NCBI GenBank assembly: GCA_937899865.1
Contig: CALBRH010000044.1
Coordinates: 64,001-128,000, forward strand
Length of the DNA: 64,000 bases
Origin: an uncultured euryarchaeote
GTDB lineage: Archaea > Thermoplasmatota > Poseidoniia > Poseidoniales > Poseidoniaceae
Direction: 5' to 3'
In this document: piece after piece, positions 29,501 to 38,293 of the stretch
Position numbering within the stretch: position 1 is the first letter of the stretch
Layout of the letters: each line of letters begins with the position of its first letter
Program-made: the position numbers and the translations under genes
The notes under the pieces: model-generated
Told to the model about the DNA's origin: nothing
Seen by the model: only the letters and a program-made list of their open reading frames with translations
Database searches by the model: none

Positions 29501-30938
29501 AACTTATGCTTCTGGAAGTTATACATTTAAGATTTGGGCGGCTGATAGTGACTTCTGTAAAGATGATACAAGTGATGAAACATGTGTTGTCGTCACATTG
29601 AATCTTCAAATTACTAATGAAAATGCTCAACCAAATATCGCTCTTGATTATCCATTTAATAATGAAGTGATTAGAGGAAGTGAATCGACTTCTATTGCAG
29701 GATATGTATGGGATAATGATGGAATTATCACTAGAGTTGACATTGATATCTATAAGAATGGTAGAGATAGTGGTTCTGCAGCAAATACAATTACAGTTAC
29801 ACAAAACCTAATCCAGGATGGTGGATTTAATACCTCATGGAACCAAAATACAATTTGGAAAACAAATAACTTGCCGCATAACTCGATGTATGAGATTGTC
29901 ATAAGGTCATTTGATGGAGAAACATACTCAGAAGAGGAGATAAGATTTGTTACAATTGATAACTCTGTAGATAATTCTCCACCGTCGTTTAATCCAGATG
30001 GTTGGGCAAATACTGTTGTAGTATATTGTGATGCGAATTCAAAGAGTCTTGATAGTTGTGGCTCTGGGGCAACTTTTGACCTCACTCAATACTTTACTGA
30101 CCCAGAAGGTGGATTGCTAAGATATGACGTATACAACGATCCGAGTGTTCCTACTGACGATTTATACTATGATTATGTATCAATCTCTTCTGAAGGAATT
30201 GCTACTTACAACCCGCCAACAATTCGCTCTGACGATATATCTCAATGGTCTTTAGTGCAATTGAAATTTATTGCAACTGATAATAGTGATTTATGGGAAG
30301 TTTCTCGTTCAGTAAATGTGATTGTAAAATCAGTTTCTTTCGAGGTAATTCGAGAAGGAACTGGAATAATCAGTGATTCAGAACCAGCAATATTCTCCGG
30401 GCAAGGTCTGCCAGATAGTCTTGTTAAAGCCCGATTCGATTCTAAGTCAGGTCAAATGATTAATTCTACTAGAGTCCTTGCTGATGGAACATGGAGCATG
30501 GAGATTAGTGCCAGTCAATTAGGTTCAAAGGATACTCGAGAAATAGTATTCGAAATGGATGGGCAAATTTTTGCTGGTGAACAAGGCGGTGATGCGTTAT
30601 TCCAACTGTCTTCAAAGTCCGAGTCAGAGAGTGGTAATTTGCTTCTTTACATTATTATTGCAGTAGTTGTTATAGCTGCACTAATTGCGATTGGTGCATT
30701 CTTCTTTACCTTCGAAGAATATGATGATGAAGAAGAATTAAATGAAATTAATCAGGTTCAAGAAGATCCTTATGCATGGGCTAAAGCAAAACAGGTGCCA
30801 AATATATCTCAGCAAGTTGTGCAAGAACCAGTTCAGCAACAAGTAGTTCAACAGACATCTCAACATCCAGGATGGTTATGGGATGCTCAAACTAATCAAT
30901 GGGTCCCAGATCCAAATTATGTCCATAATAAGCAATGA
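26553..30938 (+). CDS. Large surface protein: right-handed beta-helix plus Ig-like domains, C-terminal TM and cytoplasmic tail
   Basis: Signal peptide; repeated N-x-I/GI-x-I beta-helix rungs over the first ~560 aa; Ig-like repeats; TM LLLYIIIAVVVIAALIAIGAFFF; acidic, Gln-rich tail. Confidence 0.8.
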   Translation: MSSNLKKKSVSMIALMFASVMLSMISVPSVSAAGINQTTAGLLNGQETWTGTHTLTDNVTVAPGATLVVNAGSTINIPFGKFIDVRGAICVAARVCGAPADGSVGNEVTFSWSIPSEAEYLVRGSCLGSVDAACGSGMIIRNTIDESKTGLNFVEFENAFGYEYIYYVGSNPQAKYAALVLDGPRTNANGLIFTNTNASNIFLTNLANPTITDSTFSLGVDGYSLGKRAAIDALGAGAGISDPMSISSSTFTGDSEGSCGNSGTGIQMIYVDNSYVSFDDITISDNGFGVFMKESSGKLINSDISINCAAVNTNGHKQTGSIKHTLEINDNVLTTAEGAGITAYDQAIISASRNTISGAEQGSGVAIRSSIAELYDNNIGPIGGFNGLWIYGTSDVIAIGNNISNTGKEAVVHGEYHYQDSGWPSIQPSESRLFMENNIIDNNSGTCNSVKMYGGDFQCPAIHIFRASATLYNNVVKNNVGDALRIKGGIVNVQNNDMQTNSFAVNISHHDDNYGNKYGSIGYFSGNTFVGALQVYNITESMVTIQSENIPAPGGNELYPINMQWLGAECPDVQNECLKLPNTANMPPAEMPMALELVNNSTVLSFAGLQNFDTSKIHVTNQQSAWGNQVREGELVKFRVKAANVDVEGATVIIKDAVGTPLYTMITDAQGYTDEVTLASDFYLDRNNNHVVGESNVQVQLANASGGPPIVRTLDENTCSDGYDNDGDTLTDDDDTDCLNDREIPQYKVEAYKFGKGVFEYDFVLTGPVDDIISLVNVAPSVTVEQPELTSFARVVTLSGTAWDGEAPPYASDIIAQQKQFGYVEDVQVQPPGSSVWISAVDTSNSGGEITQGSYPFSTWSFQYDMSDHAEGEGDVTFRIRSFDGLDYSPITVKKYKLNLQAPSIVVNTPAQNSQHDTNSPKGSVISFSGTASDPYFGVNGNDIKEIWFEIFENSNPQFASKFAITPAPGETLSAWQYDWNYRTYASGSYTFKIWAADSDFCKDDTSDETCVVVTLNLQITNENAQPNIALDYPFNNEVIRGSESTSIAGYVWDNDGIITRVDIDIYKNGRDSGSAANTITVTQNLIQDGGFNTSWNQNTIWKTNNLPHNSMYEIVIRSFDGETYSEEEIRFVTIDNSVDNSPPSFNPDGWANTVVVYCDANSKSLDSCGSGATFDLTQYFTDPEGGLLRYDVYNDPSVPTDDLYYDYVSISSEGIATYNPPTIRSDDISQWSLVQLKFIATDNSDLWEVSRSVNVIVKSVSFEVIREGTGIISDSEPAIFSGQGLPDSLVKARFDSKSGQMINSTRVLADGTWSMEISASQLGSKDTREIVFEMDGQIFAGEQGGDALFQLSSKSESESGNLLLYIIIAVVVIAALIAIGAFFFTFEEYDDEEELNEINQVQEDPYAWAKAKQVPNISQQVVQEPVQQQVVQQTSQHPGWLWDAQTNQWVPDPNYVHNKQ

Positions 30939-30947
30939 TATGGTGAT

Positions 30948-33473
30948 TTGATGGCTAATGCAAAACCTGGTGTGCAAGAGAGAATCTTGTTACATTTACT
31001 TGACTATTCTGATTACAAGAATAGTGTTGAAGTGCCATTTTCATTGTCTCAAATGGGTATTGCAAATGCCGTAGCCATTGCTCGTTCAAATGTTCCAAGG
31101 GCAATTGCTGGACTAAAAGACCAAGGTTTGTTGATTGAAAGACAGGCGCACGTCAAAGGAGTATCTAGGAAAAGGAAGGCATACTTCTTAACAGATTCAG
31201 GAAAAAATTTAGCAGAAGAGACATGGAATGAATTACGGGCATTTCCAGTTAGATGCATACTAAGTGATGGCAAGATTGAATCCTCAACGTTGGGTGAAAT
31301 AAACACAATACTTCCTTTCACTATGCGTTCTGTAGATATTATCCGGTATATGGATGATAATTGTATACTAGATTCTAGAAGCCTATCTGCAGATTTAATC
31401 GAAAGAGATCTTTCTAAACATGTGGAAAAACAATTGGTTACTGCATTGGGTGATTTGCCTAGGTTACGTCATTTCTATGGCAGAGAAAAAGAACTTGATA
31501 ATATGTTTAATTTGCTTGAAGCAAGAGCAACAACTCTTCTAGTTCCGGGGATAGCAGGAATTGGAAAAACCACAATGGCTAGTAAACTGATTGAGCGTTT
31601 CATGCATCGAAGAAATTTGCTGTATCATCGTTGCCAAGATTGGGAAGGCTCACGTTCATTTTTTGAATCAGTTGGAGAATGGTTGGCAAATATTGGAGAT
31701 TCAACATTTGCTGACTATATTGCTACAACTCCAGTACCTAAACCGGCAGAAGCTGCAAACTTGCTAATCAATGCCTTGGAAGGAACTCCATCACTGATAG
31801 TCATAGATGACTTCCATAAGGTGGCAGATGCAACATTACATCAAACATTCCAAACGATGGCATTAGGATTACTTGGAAGTGAAGAAAAAATAGGTTTAGT
31901 GCTTTTCTCTAGGTCTTTCAAACCCGTTGTACCATCAAAGGATGCAGAAGGAAGAATTGCTAGTTTAGTATTGCCTCTAGATGGACTTGATTCGGATTCA
32001 GGTAGGAATTTGCTGAGTAGTTTTGAAAATTTAGAAGATGAACAATGGTTGTACATTCATGGAATTTCACGCGGTCATCCTCTAGTTTTAGAGCTAATAA
32101 ATCGCGGTGCTTCTGCAACAGCATTTCACGAAACACTAGAAAACTACGTCACAGTTGAGATATTTTCAAAACTTAGTGCTGAACAAAAACGAGTATTATC
32201 AGCATTGTCCATTTTCCGAGAGCCGGTTTCTATCGATGCGTTGTTAGAGCAAAAGTTGGATATTGATGTTCTTGATTCATTGGTTGAGCAAGGGTTGGCA
32301 AGGCAAGTAGACAGTGAAGTCTATGATGTGCACGATTTGATTAGGGAATTTTTACTAAGAAGTATAGATTCCAAGTTGAAAATAGAATTGCACAATAAAT
32401 GTAGTTCATGGTATCAAAAATCCAATGATACTCCAGGTTTTACTATTGAAATGATTTTTCATTTAGTCAGTTCAAAAAACATGGTAGAGGCTGCAGAAAT
32501 TATTGTTGAGAATGGAAGAAGTCTAATTTCCCAAGGTCATATGGAATTACTTGGTTTGATAAACTCATTGGAACAAGATGAATTATCAAGTGAGGTTTCA
32601 ACAAAAGTCAATCACTACAAAGGTGAAATTTTAGCACTTCTTGGAAAGTTTGAAGATGCTAAGGAGGCATTTTCACATGCCCAAGAGATGGCATCTAAGG
32701 GCAAAGATGTTAGTACTCAAGCAGAATTACTTTCTGCTTTGGCAGACATTTCACTTAAGCAAGGTAACTTGGATGAATCATTAACTATGCATCGAGATGC
32801 ACTTGAAATATTCATCAAGCAAAAAGATGCTATAGGTGCTGCAAGATGCTACAATAACATGGGATATATTCTGCGTAGAAAGAATGACAAATCCAAGGCT
32901 TTGGAGTCATATGCCGAAGTTGAATCAATCATAAAAGAAAACAATGATAGTGAACTAATTAGTTCACAACTAATTCTTGCAAGATCTTTAATGGATTTAG
33001 GGGAGATTGAGCGAGCGAGGGATCATGCATTGGATGCATTTGACAAAACTGACAAATTAAATGACAAAAAATTACATGCTAGATCACAAGCAGTTTTGGG
33101 CCGATATTATGCTAAAGTTGGAGATTCTGATGTAGCATCACATCATTATTCTCAAGCATTAGAAGCAATGAATGAAGAAGGAGATATATTGGCTATGGTC
33201 GACATCACTATTCTACTCGGTGAAGTCTTGCAAGATTCAGGTAAAAATGATGAAGCAATGGAACACTTTAGAGAAGCTCTTGTCATTGCAGAAGCAAATG
33301 ATTTGCGTATGCAAATCGGAGAGTTACTGATACGTTTAGGTAGTGTTGCTCCAGAAAAATCCCGGCGTATGGAATACTTGCAAAGAGCACTTTCAGTCTT
33401 TAGAGAATTAGGTGCTAAATCAAGAATGAGGGAAGTTCAAACGCGTGTACATAATGCAGTTATGGGTCGCTGA
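30948..33473 (+). CDS. STAND-class NTPase: N-terminal wHTH, P-loop NTPase, wHTH, TPR repeats
   Basis: N-terminal SQMGIANAVAIARSNVPRAIAGLKDQGLL (HTH); Walker A GIAGIGKTT (31548); Walker B LIVIDDFH; GHPL (GxP); VHDLIREF (MHD-like); TPR-like helices in the C-terminal ~350 aa. Confidence 0.85.
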   Translation: MMANAKPGVQERILLHLLDYSDYKNSVEVPFSLSQMGIANAVAIARSNVPRAIAGLKDQGLLIERQAHVKGVSRKRKAYFLTDSGKNLAEETWNELRAFPVRCILSDGKIESSTLGEINTILPFTMRSVDIIRYMDDNCILDSRSLSADLIERDLSKHVEKQLVTALGDLPRLRHFYGREKELDNMFNLLEARATTLLVPGIAGIGKTTMASKLIERFMHRRNLLYHRCQDWEGSRSFFESVGEWLANIGDSTFADYIATTPVPKPAEAANLLINALEGTPSLIVIDDFHKVADATLHQTFQTMALGLLGSEEKIGLVLFSRSFKPVVPSKDAEGRIASLVLPLDGLDSDSGRNLLSSFENLEDEQWLYIHGISRGHPLVLELINRGASATAFHETLENYVTVEIFSKLSAEQKRVLSALSIFREPVSIDALLEQKLDIDVLDSLVEQGLARQVDSEVYDVHDLIREFLLRSIDSKLKIELHNKCSSWYQKSNDTPGFTIEMIFHLVSSKNMVEAAEIIVENGRSLISQGHMELLGLINSLEQDELSSEVSTKVNHYKGEILALLGKFEDAKEAFSHAQEMASKGKDVSTQAELLSALADISLKQGNLDESLTMHRDALEIFIKQKDAIGAARCYNNMGYILRRKNDKSKALESYAEVESIIKENNDSELISSQLILARSLMDLGEIERARDHALDAFDKTDKLNDKKLHARSQAVLGRYYAKVGDSDVASHHYSQALEAMNEEGDILAMVDITILLGEVLQDSGKNDEAMEHFREALVIAEANDLRMQIGELLIRLGSVAPEKSRRMEYLQRALSVFRELGAKSRMREVQTRVHNAVMGR

Positions 33474-33944
33474 TTATTGAGGTCTATCAACTTCTATTGA
33501 GGTCACACCATCTTTGTGTAATACCCAAATCATTTGTGCACCTGATAACTCTATACTCCCAGTATGATTTCCTGCACCAGTGCCAGAAATAAATACCTCA
33601 GTATCTAGATTGCCTCCATCATCAATCAAAATTAATGAGTTATCTGTTAACTCGAGAGAAAATAAATTCTCATCTGCTTCAGTTGCTCGCCACCAAACCG
33701 ATTCGGTGTATTCTATGTCGCCTAAACGACTTGCTTCATCAGCCCGCTCTATTGCTGCAGATATATCATCTAGATTCATCTGAATTGCCTGTTCATTCCA
33801 TCTATCTCTAGTTGATGTTTCAATATCCCATGTCCAAATACTAAATACTGACAGAAGTAATACTCCAAGAAGGAATGTGAAAATGTAGCCAAGTTCACTT
33901 GCAGCACCGGATGTATCGACAACTTTTTTCGATTTATTTCTCAT
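33474..33944 (-). CDS. Small archaeal type IV pilin-like protein (class III signal peptide)
   Basis: Basic leader MRNKSKKVVDTSGA, then ASELGYIFTFLLGVLLLSVF; AAIERADEA helix as in haloarchaeal pilin-like families; 4-nt overlap with the upstream gene. Confidence 0.75.
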   Translation of the reverse strand: MRNKSKKVVDTSGAASELGYIFTFLLGVLLLSVFSIWTWDIETSTRDRWNEQAIQMNLDDISAAIERADEASRLGDIEYTESVWWRATEADENLFSLELTDNSLILIDDGGNLDTEVFISGTGAGNHTGSIELSGAQMIWVLHKDGVTSIEVDRPQ

Positions 33945-36169
33945 TCATTTGCCTCCGACATGGTTACATCAAGTGATGATAATTGTAAACTAAACTGAAT
34001 AGGTTCTCCATTAGTATGCCAGACCGCTTCTGAAGTTCCAATACTTGGGTCTGGTACCCAACCAACATAATCAGTTAACAAATCTAATCTACCAGGGTAA
34101 ATGGTCCAGTCTAAACTTTGTTCTAAGCCACTAGCAGCTGAATTGGCTATCGCTTCGCCATACGGACTGTACCATCCTCTTCTGACTTCATATGCAGTTT
34201 CTGAGGCTAGTGACTCACGATATGCAAGTTCAATGTCCAAACTCATGACTCCTGAGCCCACAGTACTGTCTGAAGATGGATTAAGTGCTGGAATAGTTGA
34301 TGCAAACCTTGGTCCGGGGCCAGATCTATCATTGGGTTGCTTCAATACTGTCGGTAGGAATTCTGGATGATTAGTTAATACTGCTCCATTAGAATATGCA
34401 ACTTCCATACCAGTTACCGATGATGTAAATTCATAGGTTAGTCTCGAAATGTGCAAAATCCATGCTGATGCTACAATGCTATAGTCGGTTTGTCCATTGT
34501 TAGCAATCAAATCGACAGAATAACTTGATGGATGAGTGCCTTGTCTCCATGCTTCTAAAATCTGAGCCTCACTCGTGCCAGAAAAAGTATTCCATGGTAA
34601 TACAGTAGATATCCAGCCACTGGCAGTAGTATCAATGCCTAGGCATCTTTCAGCGCCATCATGAGCCAATTCAATCATTCCAGAGGGTCCACTTAATCGG
34701 TAAACTCTCATTGGATGGCCTTCTAGAATAGAGATTTGGTGATTGCCAACATCGGTCGAAAATTCATAAAACGGAGAATCAAAATCAGAGGTTTGGTTAA
34801 ATGAGGTATAACTAGAAAAATTCCATTGCGAACTATATCCTGCAATTTGTGTTACAATAGAATCAACTGTGTCAGAATTATATGTCTCAAATAGATGTTC
34901 CATTCCAGATGAGAATCCTGTGTCGTGTGCTGGAACAAGTCCTGCTCCAATACTATTAGGATTTGAATTATTATTATGCCAGTAAACTAAAACATCATTG
35001 TCTATGTCGATTATAGGTGAACCAGATATCCCCGATGGAGGCCATGATATTGATTCTGTTGAGCCACTAGGTATTGAGATTCCACCACCTTTCCAAGTTG
35101 CAGTTGCAATTGAATCACTCGGGTTTGTTAATTCTAGATAACCAGTCATTTGTGGTGTCAAAAATTCTGTTCCAAGATATGAACCTGAATTAGATTTTAG
35201 ATTGATTATACCACTGTTACCGGTAGTTTCCGTAAGGAGTATCATATGTGAAGGTGAACTTGTAGTAATTTTCACAATAGATGCTTCTTGTAATGATATA
35301 GTCGTAGTCCAAGATGTACCTATTCTTGTGTCATCACTGCTTGTAACTATGTTATTTGTTTCAACACCACTTTCTGTTACTGATATTAAATTAGCATCTC
35401 GACTGATTACGCTAATTATTGAATCACCTGACGGTAATGGTATTGTCCATGATCTACCTGTATCATCAGTCTTACTTGGGTTGTCTGGAGTAATCAATGC
35501 TCCACCACCTTGTCCAGCACTAGCAATTATGGCTAATTCATGTGAAGATTCCATTTTCAAATTAGTCAATGTATTTGTGTCAATAGTTAGAGATTGATCA
35601 ATATTCATTTCAATAGTTTCAAACAGAGAGTCATCAATCATTAATTTGATTTTTATTGGCCCAAGAGGAGATGCTATCCCTTGTACAGAAGTGATTTCTA
35701 AATTTTCAACCCAGTCTGGAACAGAGTAATAGAATGGCCTAGTTGGTCCAAGTCGTAAATCATCATAGCATATTGCAGTCGTTTTACTTTCAGGGTGTTT
35801 GATCTCGATATTGTCATCAAAGTCAAGTATACCTTTCATACGAAATGTAGTCTCATCAGACCAAGTTGAAGAATACCACATCCCTCCTCTCGTACTATCC
35901 CATGTTAGACTTCCATCTAGAGGCACTAATTCTAATTCTGTCGAGTCTCCAGGCATTCCATGCTCACTTAGAATTTCAGTTTGATGTGCTAATACCATCA
36001 TTTGTGATGACATGTCGTCTCGCTCTATCGAACCTTCAAGCTCTTCAATGATTGGCAGCATTGATACAAGCATCAAACCGATTATTGAAATGACTCCACC
36101 AAACAATAGAACTGTTGCAATTGCTGCTGAAACAGCTTCATCATTACGTGTTAGGTTTCGATTCATCAT
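33941..36169 (-). CDS. Large pilin-like protein or tip adhesin (class III signal peptide, 742 aa)
   Basis: MMNRNLTRNDEA then VSAAIATVLLFGGVISIIGLMLVSMLP..IEELEGSIE; large beta-rich insert; YSNGAVL pilin-like C-terminal segment. Confidence 0.78.
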   Translation of the reverse strand: MMNRNLTRNDEAVSAAIATVLLFGGVISIIGLMLVSMLPIIEELEGSIERDDMSSQMMVLAHQTEILSEHGMPGDSTELELVPLDGSLTWDSTRGGMWYSSTWSDETTFRMKGILDFDDNIEIKHPESKTTAICYDDLRLGPTRPFYYSVPDWVENLEITSVQGIASPLGPIKIKLMIDDSLFETIEMNIDQSLTIDTNTLTNLKMESSHELAIIASAGQGGGALITPDNPSKTDDTGRSWTIPLPSGDSIISVISRDANLISVTESGVETNNIVTSSDDTRIGTSWTTTISLQEASIVKITTSSPSHMILLTETTGNSGIINLKSNSGSYLGTEFLTPQMTGYLELTNPSDSIATATWKGGGISIPSGSTESISWPPSGISGSPIIDIDNDVLVYWHNNNSNPNSIGAGLVPAHDTGFSSGMEHLFETYNSDTVDSIVTQIAGYSSQWNFSSYTSFNQTSDFDSPFYEFSTDVGNHQISILEGHPMRVYRLSGPSGMIELAHDGAERCLGIDTTASGWISTVLPWNTFSGTSEAQILEAWRQGTHPSSYSVDLIANNGQTDYSIVASAWILHISRLTYEFTSSVTGMEVAYSNGAVLTNHPEFLPTVLKQPNDRSGPGPRFASTIPALNPSSDSTVGSGVMSLDIELAYRESLASETAYEVRRGWYSPYGEAIANSAASGLEQSLDWTIYPGRLDLLTDYVGWVPDPSIGTSEAVWHTNGEPIQFSLQLSSLDVTMSEANE

Positions 36170-37242
36170 TCGACCAACACCTCATTTATGGAAACATCAA
36201 AGTAAACTGGCAGGCCGATGGAACTAACGCTTATTCCATCTGCCCCACTTGCTCTTTCAAACGGTGATAATCCAACAAAAGAATCAAGAGTTCCTGATGC
36301 TCTGTTTAGAGTATATTCTGTAAGCCAATTGTCATCATATTGAGGAGTTATTACTGGTGAAACTGAGTTGGTCAAAGAATATCTTACATTGAAACATTGT
36401 CCCGAAAATGGATTTAGTGAACCAGCAGATATAATCTCAATTCCTAAGTGATTAGCACTTCCAAGACTTCTATTTACTTCGATATTGGTTAGGATTATCG
36501 ATAATCTAACTCCACCGGTTGCTAATTGTTCAAATTCAATTCTAGGGAATTTACTAATTTCCCACGCAGAATCTGCAAAGTGTTCTATTCTAGCATTATT
36601 TATCAAGTAAATTTCATGTTCACCATTGCCTAAACTGGTAATAACTCTTAATCCCGATATGGTATACTTCATGGTTTTGTGAATTTCTTCATCATTGTCA
36701 TTTAGTACAGTTATTATGTACCAATCGGCAAGTGGCAAGTTATGAGTTACAATGCCAGTATTTACGTCAATGTTGAACTCGTTAATTCCATTTTCATCTT
36801 GAATAATCACTTTCTCTGCAGTAGAGTTTACACTTTCTACAGTAAAACTTGAAGTTGTGAAATCATTAATCTGAGTGATATCTAAAGCAGTTAAGTCAGC
36901 ACTTATTGACCACAGTTCAAGATTACTAACACCTTGTAGCATAGAACTTCTCATGTTAAATTTGTGGCGGATTCCAGTGCCATCGGGTAAATCTGCCGCA
37001 ACATCTATTCTATCCTCCAAACGATCTGCGATTCCATTTGCTGCATTCCAGTTTGTATTGTCTTCAAAGTCAGAGATGTAAGGGTTAAGGAATACCCAAA
37101 CTCCACCCATTATCGAAATGACCATTGCAAGCATCATTATTACACCCAAAACCTCGCTCACTGCGGTTTCATCTCCTCGTCTATTAGACTGGTTGCGCAG
37201 TCTTCTAGCGGGTGGCATGGTTTGCTCATGCTTTGGTATCAT
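36166..37242 (-). CDS. Archaeal type IV pilin-like protein (DUF1628-like N-terminus)
   Basis: RRGDETA then VSEVLGVIMMLAMVISIMGGVWVFL, a classic class III signal with VSEVLG. Start could be 37242 or one of the next two ATGs. Confidence 0.82.
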   Translation of the reverse strand: MIPKHEQTMPPARRLRNQSNRRGDETAVSEVLGVIMMLAMVISIMGGVWVFLNPYISDFEDNTNWNAANGIADRLEDRIDVAADLPDGTGIRHKFNMRSSMLQGVSNLELWSISADLTALDITQINDFTTSSFTVESVNSTAEKVIIQDENGINEFNIDVNTGIVTHNLPLADWYIITVLNDNDEEIHKTMKYTISGLRVITSLGNGEHEIYLINNARIEHFADSAWEISKFPRIEFEQLATGGVRLSIILTNIEVNRSLGSANHLGIEIISAGSLNPFSGQCFNVRYSLTNSVSPVITPQYDDNWLTEYTLNRASGTLDSFVGLSPFERASGADGISVSSIGLPVYFDVSINEVLVE

Positions 37243-37271
37243 TTAGGTATTGACCTTGAAATGCGATAATT

Positions 37272-38096
37272 TCACACAATCTTAGAGTGATTTTTTGTTT
37301 TGGTATGGTTTGTTTCCATTTCAGTTTTTCCAATGTAATGTGACATTTCTGGGCCATCTTGTAAAGATATGTGGATGTCACCATCAAATACATCTGATAT
37401 ATGATACAGTACAGTAGATTCTGCAAGGTGTGGTGAATTATTTTTTTCTGAAAGATGAGTCAATACGATATTGCGCGTTGCTTTAGTACACACTTCAGCA
37501 AGGAATTGGCCTGTCTGGTTATTGGAAAGGTGACCACCTCTACCTCTTATTCGTTCTTTCAGTGAGTAAGGATAAGGTCCTGAATCCAATCTTTTTTCAT
37601 CATAATTTGCTTCAATTGATATGTGCTCACAAGCATATACATGTCTTACAAGTTCATCAGTCCATGAACCTAAATCAGTTATTACTGCAGCTCTCTCGCC
37701 TTTGTAACTGGCTATAAATGCAACATTATCCGAACCAGAATGGGGTACTGGGACTGGTAAAACGCTCAATTCTTCGCCAATTTTAATCAAATCAAGTGAA
37801 TCAAAATATGAGGTTAACTTAGGGTCTAATCCTAATTCTAGAGCAGTTCTTTCATTGGATAAAATTTGCATTTTCCATTTTCTTTGAGCAATATTTGCTC
37901 CACCGCCATGATCTCCATGGTGGTGGCTAATTAAAGCACAGTCTATTTCCTCAGGGCTTATTCCAAGTAATCCTAATCTTTTTTCTAATTGAGCACCACT
38001 AAATCCTTGGTCAATTAGTACTTTCACTTCATCAGTTTCTAGTAAAGTCGAGTTTCCCCGACTACCTGTTCCCAAATGGGTGATTCGTAAAGTCAT
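37272..38096 (-). CDS. Metallo-beta-lactamase-fold hydrolase, YycJ/WalJ-like (probable exonuclease)
   Basis: LGTGSRGNS, ISHHHGDHGGG, VPHS, ITDLG, IEANYD, GHLSN, LTHLSEKNN. Confidence 0.9.
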   Translation of the reverse strand: MTLRITHLGTGSRGNSTLLETDEVKVLIDQGFSGAQLEKRLGLLGISPEEIDCALISHHHGDHGGGANIAQRKWKMQILSNERTALELGLDPKLTSYFDSLDLIKIGEELSVLPVPVPHSGSDNVAFIASYKGERAAVITDLGSWTDELVRHVYACEHISIEANYDEKRLDSGPYPYSLKERIRGRGGHLSNNQTGQFLAEVCTKATRNIVLTHLSEKNNSPHLAESTVLYHISDVFDGDIHISLQDGPEMSHYIGKTEMETNHTKTKNHSKIV

Positions 38097-38293
38097 GCTA
38101 ATATCCGACTGCGAGCGCGTAAAGGTATTGAATAAATCGCTGTGTGCGATAAAAATCGTCCCGTTTTGAAAGGTCTTGGCTGGATATCGAGATGAAATGT
38201 TTGAGTTTTTGTCGGAACATCACTCCATCATACTCTTAAGGGTAATCAATGAGTCAGCCAGTGTGAAGCGTATGCTTTGTACGAGGTGAGCAA

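Noticed and set aside
38136-38150. ATCGC-TGTGT-GCGAT hairpin in the 197-bp divergent gap
   Set aside because: The 5-bp stem is expected by chance, and I recognised no ncRNA structure in the gap.
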